Assembly: GCA_964468895.1 (NCBI GenBank) | Contig: CAYXWT010000043.1 | Coordinates: 1-6,393 of the forward strand | DNA length: 6,393 nt | Direction of reading: 5' to 3' | Source of the DNA: an uncultured archaeon | Lineage (GTDB): Archaea > Iainarchaeota > Iainarchaeia > Iainarchaeales > CSSED10-239 | Shown here: positions 5,665 to 6,393 of the stretch, piece after piece | Numbering within the stretch: the stretch's first letter is position 1 | How the letters are laid out: every line of letters begins with the position of its first letter | Notes under the pieces: model-generated | What the model was told of the DNA's origin: nothing | What the model saw: the letters and a program-made list of their open reading frames with translations, nothing else | Databases searched by the model: none | Translations under genes and position numbers: made by a program

Positions 5665-6375
5665 TTAATATTGTTTTATTGCACTCCACATAATTTCATC
5701 TTTTGGATTTACTTCTATACCATTTGGTGTGATTTCACAAGGATGAACTGCAGGTGAGTGCTTAGTACCTCTTAATTTTCTAACAAATATTGATCTGTGT
5801 GGAGGTATAAAATACATTGCAAAAATACCATCAACAACAAATTCTTCAACTCCATAAGCACTAAAGTCTCTAGCTCCACCATTAGTTTCAGCAGTCATTA
5901 AAGTTGTACAATTTAAATCTTTTAAATAATCTGAAAATCTAAATAATAAATTTCTTAATTTACCTGGTTCTGGTAGCCATGCTCCAAATGAAGTTGTTGA
6001 ATCAATAGTAAGTCTAGTAGCTCCAATATCTTTAACCATTGAAGCAATTATATCTAGTTCTTTATCTATTTGAGATTGAATATCTTTTCTAGGATCAATA
6101 TGCATTCTATATATTTTCATTAGATTTTTTTGTTCTAATGATTTAATATCCCAATTAAAACTTTCCATATTCCAAACTATATTTTTTAAATTTCCTTCAA
6201 CAGTTACAAATAAACCTGGATCTCCAAATTTTCTTGCTCCTTCATAAATGTAAGTTGTAGAAAATATAGTTTTTCCAGAACCAGCTCCACCAGAAACTAA
6301 CACACTAGCTCCTTCTGGAATTCCACCTTGTATAAGTTCATCAAAACCTTTAACACCAGTAGGTATTCTTTTCAT
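5665..6375 (-). CDS. Single-domain KaiC-like RecA-superfamily ATPase (COG0467-type)
   Basis: The N-terminus RIPTGVKGFDELIQGGIPEGASVLVSGGAGSGKTIFSTTYIYEGARKFGDPGLFVTVE matches the KaiC-family signature. Walker A GGAGSGKT is at 6268-6291 (K35). Walker B-like RLTIDSTT. The C-terminal LRGTKHSPAVHPCEITPNGIEV is typical of KaiC-like domains. It could be an ArlH/FlaH-like or other KaiC paralog; no partner gene is visible in the window. Confidence 0.88.
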   Translation of the reverse strand: MKRIPTGVKGFDELIQGGIPEGASVLVSGGAGSGKTIFSTTYIYEGARKFGDPGLFVTVEGNLKNIVWNMESFNWDIKSLEQKNLMKIYRMHIDPRKDIQSQIDKELDIIASMVKDIGATRLTIDSTTSFGAWLPEPGKLRNLLFRFSDYLKDLNCTTLMTAETNGGARDFSAYGVEEFVVDGIFAMYFIPPHRSIFVRKLRGTKHSPAVHPCEITPNGIEVNPKDEIMWSAIKQY

Positions 6376-6393
6376 TTTTAATCATCTCTTTTT

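Noticed and set aside
103-6375. Bacterial (for example CPR) rather than archaeal origin
   Set aside because: This cannot be excluded without a search, since archaeal-type ProRS and DnaQ-like exonucleases also occur in bacteria. Several features together favour an archaeon: a 580-aa three-domain Lig1-type ligase as the apparent sole ligase here, a single-domain KaiC-like ATPase, TATA boxes about 26 nt from starts, and oligo-T rather than strong hairpin terminators.
1-6393. Scan for tRNA, rRNA, CRISPR arrays, transposase or integrase genes, and long terminal inverted repeats
   Set aside because: No GC-rich cloverleaf-length segment, no regularly spaced direct repeats and no recombinase-like ORF were found on either strand. 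The only repeat pair of note is the 33-nt motif reported above.

Overview
Very AT-rich window (about three-quarters A+T by eye; all six credible ORFs end in TAA). It is most consistent with a small-genome archaeon; a DPANN-like lineage is only a guess. Left half (103-3961, + strand): a tightly packed housekeeping block of archaeal-type prolyl-tRNA synthetase, a Lig1-type ATP-dependent DNA ligase and a DnaQ/epsilon-like DEDDh 3'-5' exonuclease, separated by gaps of 30 and 34 nt. Right half (3962-6393): looser and accessory-looking. It holds a 75-aa ribbon-helix-helix, VapB-like antitoxin candidate with no toxin partner, a convergent Bro-N/DinD-like gene typical of mobile elements, and a single-domain KaiC-like RecA-superfamily ATPase. 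No tRNA, rRNA, CRISPR array, transposase or integrase is recognisable. Regulatory signals look archaeal: TTTAAATA-type TATA boxes about 26 nt upstream of starts, GGTG Shine-Dalgarno remnants on some genes, and oligo-T terminators. The points most worth follow-up are (a) the solo antitoxin-like gene, with an 18-codon stub where a toxin gene would sit and a perfect 8+1+8 palindrome upstream, (b) a roughly 33-nt imperfect direct repeat bracketing the Bro-N gene, and (c) the ligase/exonuclease pairing. I see no clear multi-gene novel system. All homology statements are motif recognition by eye, not database searches.
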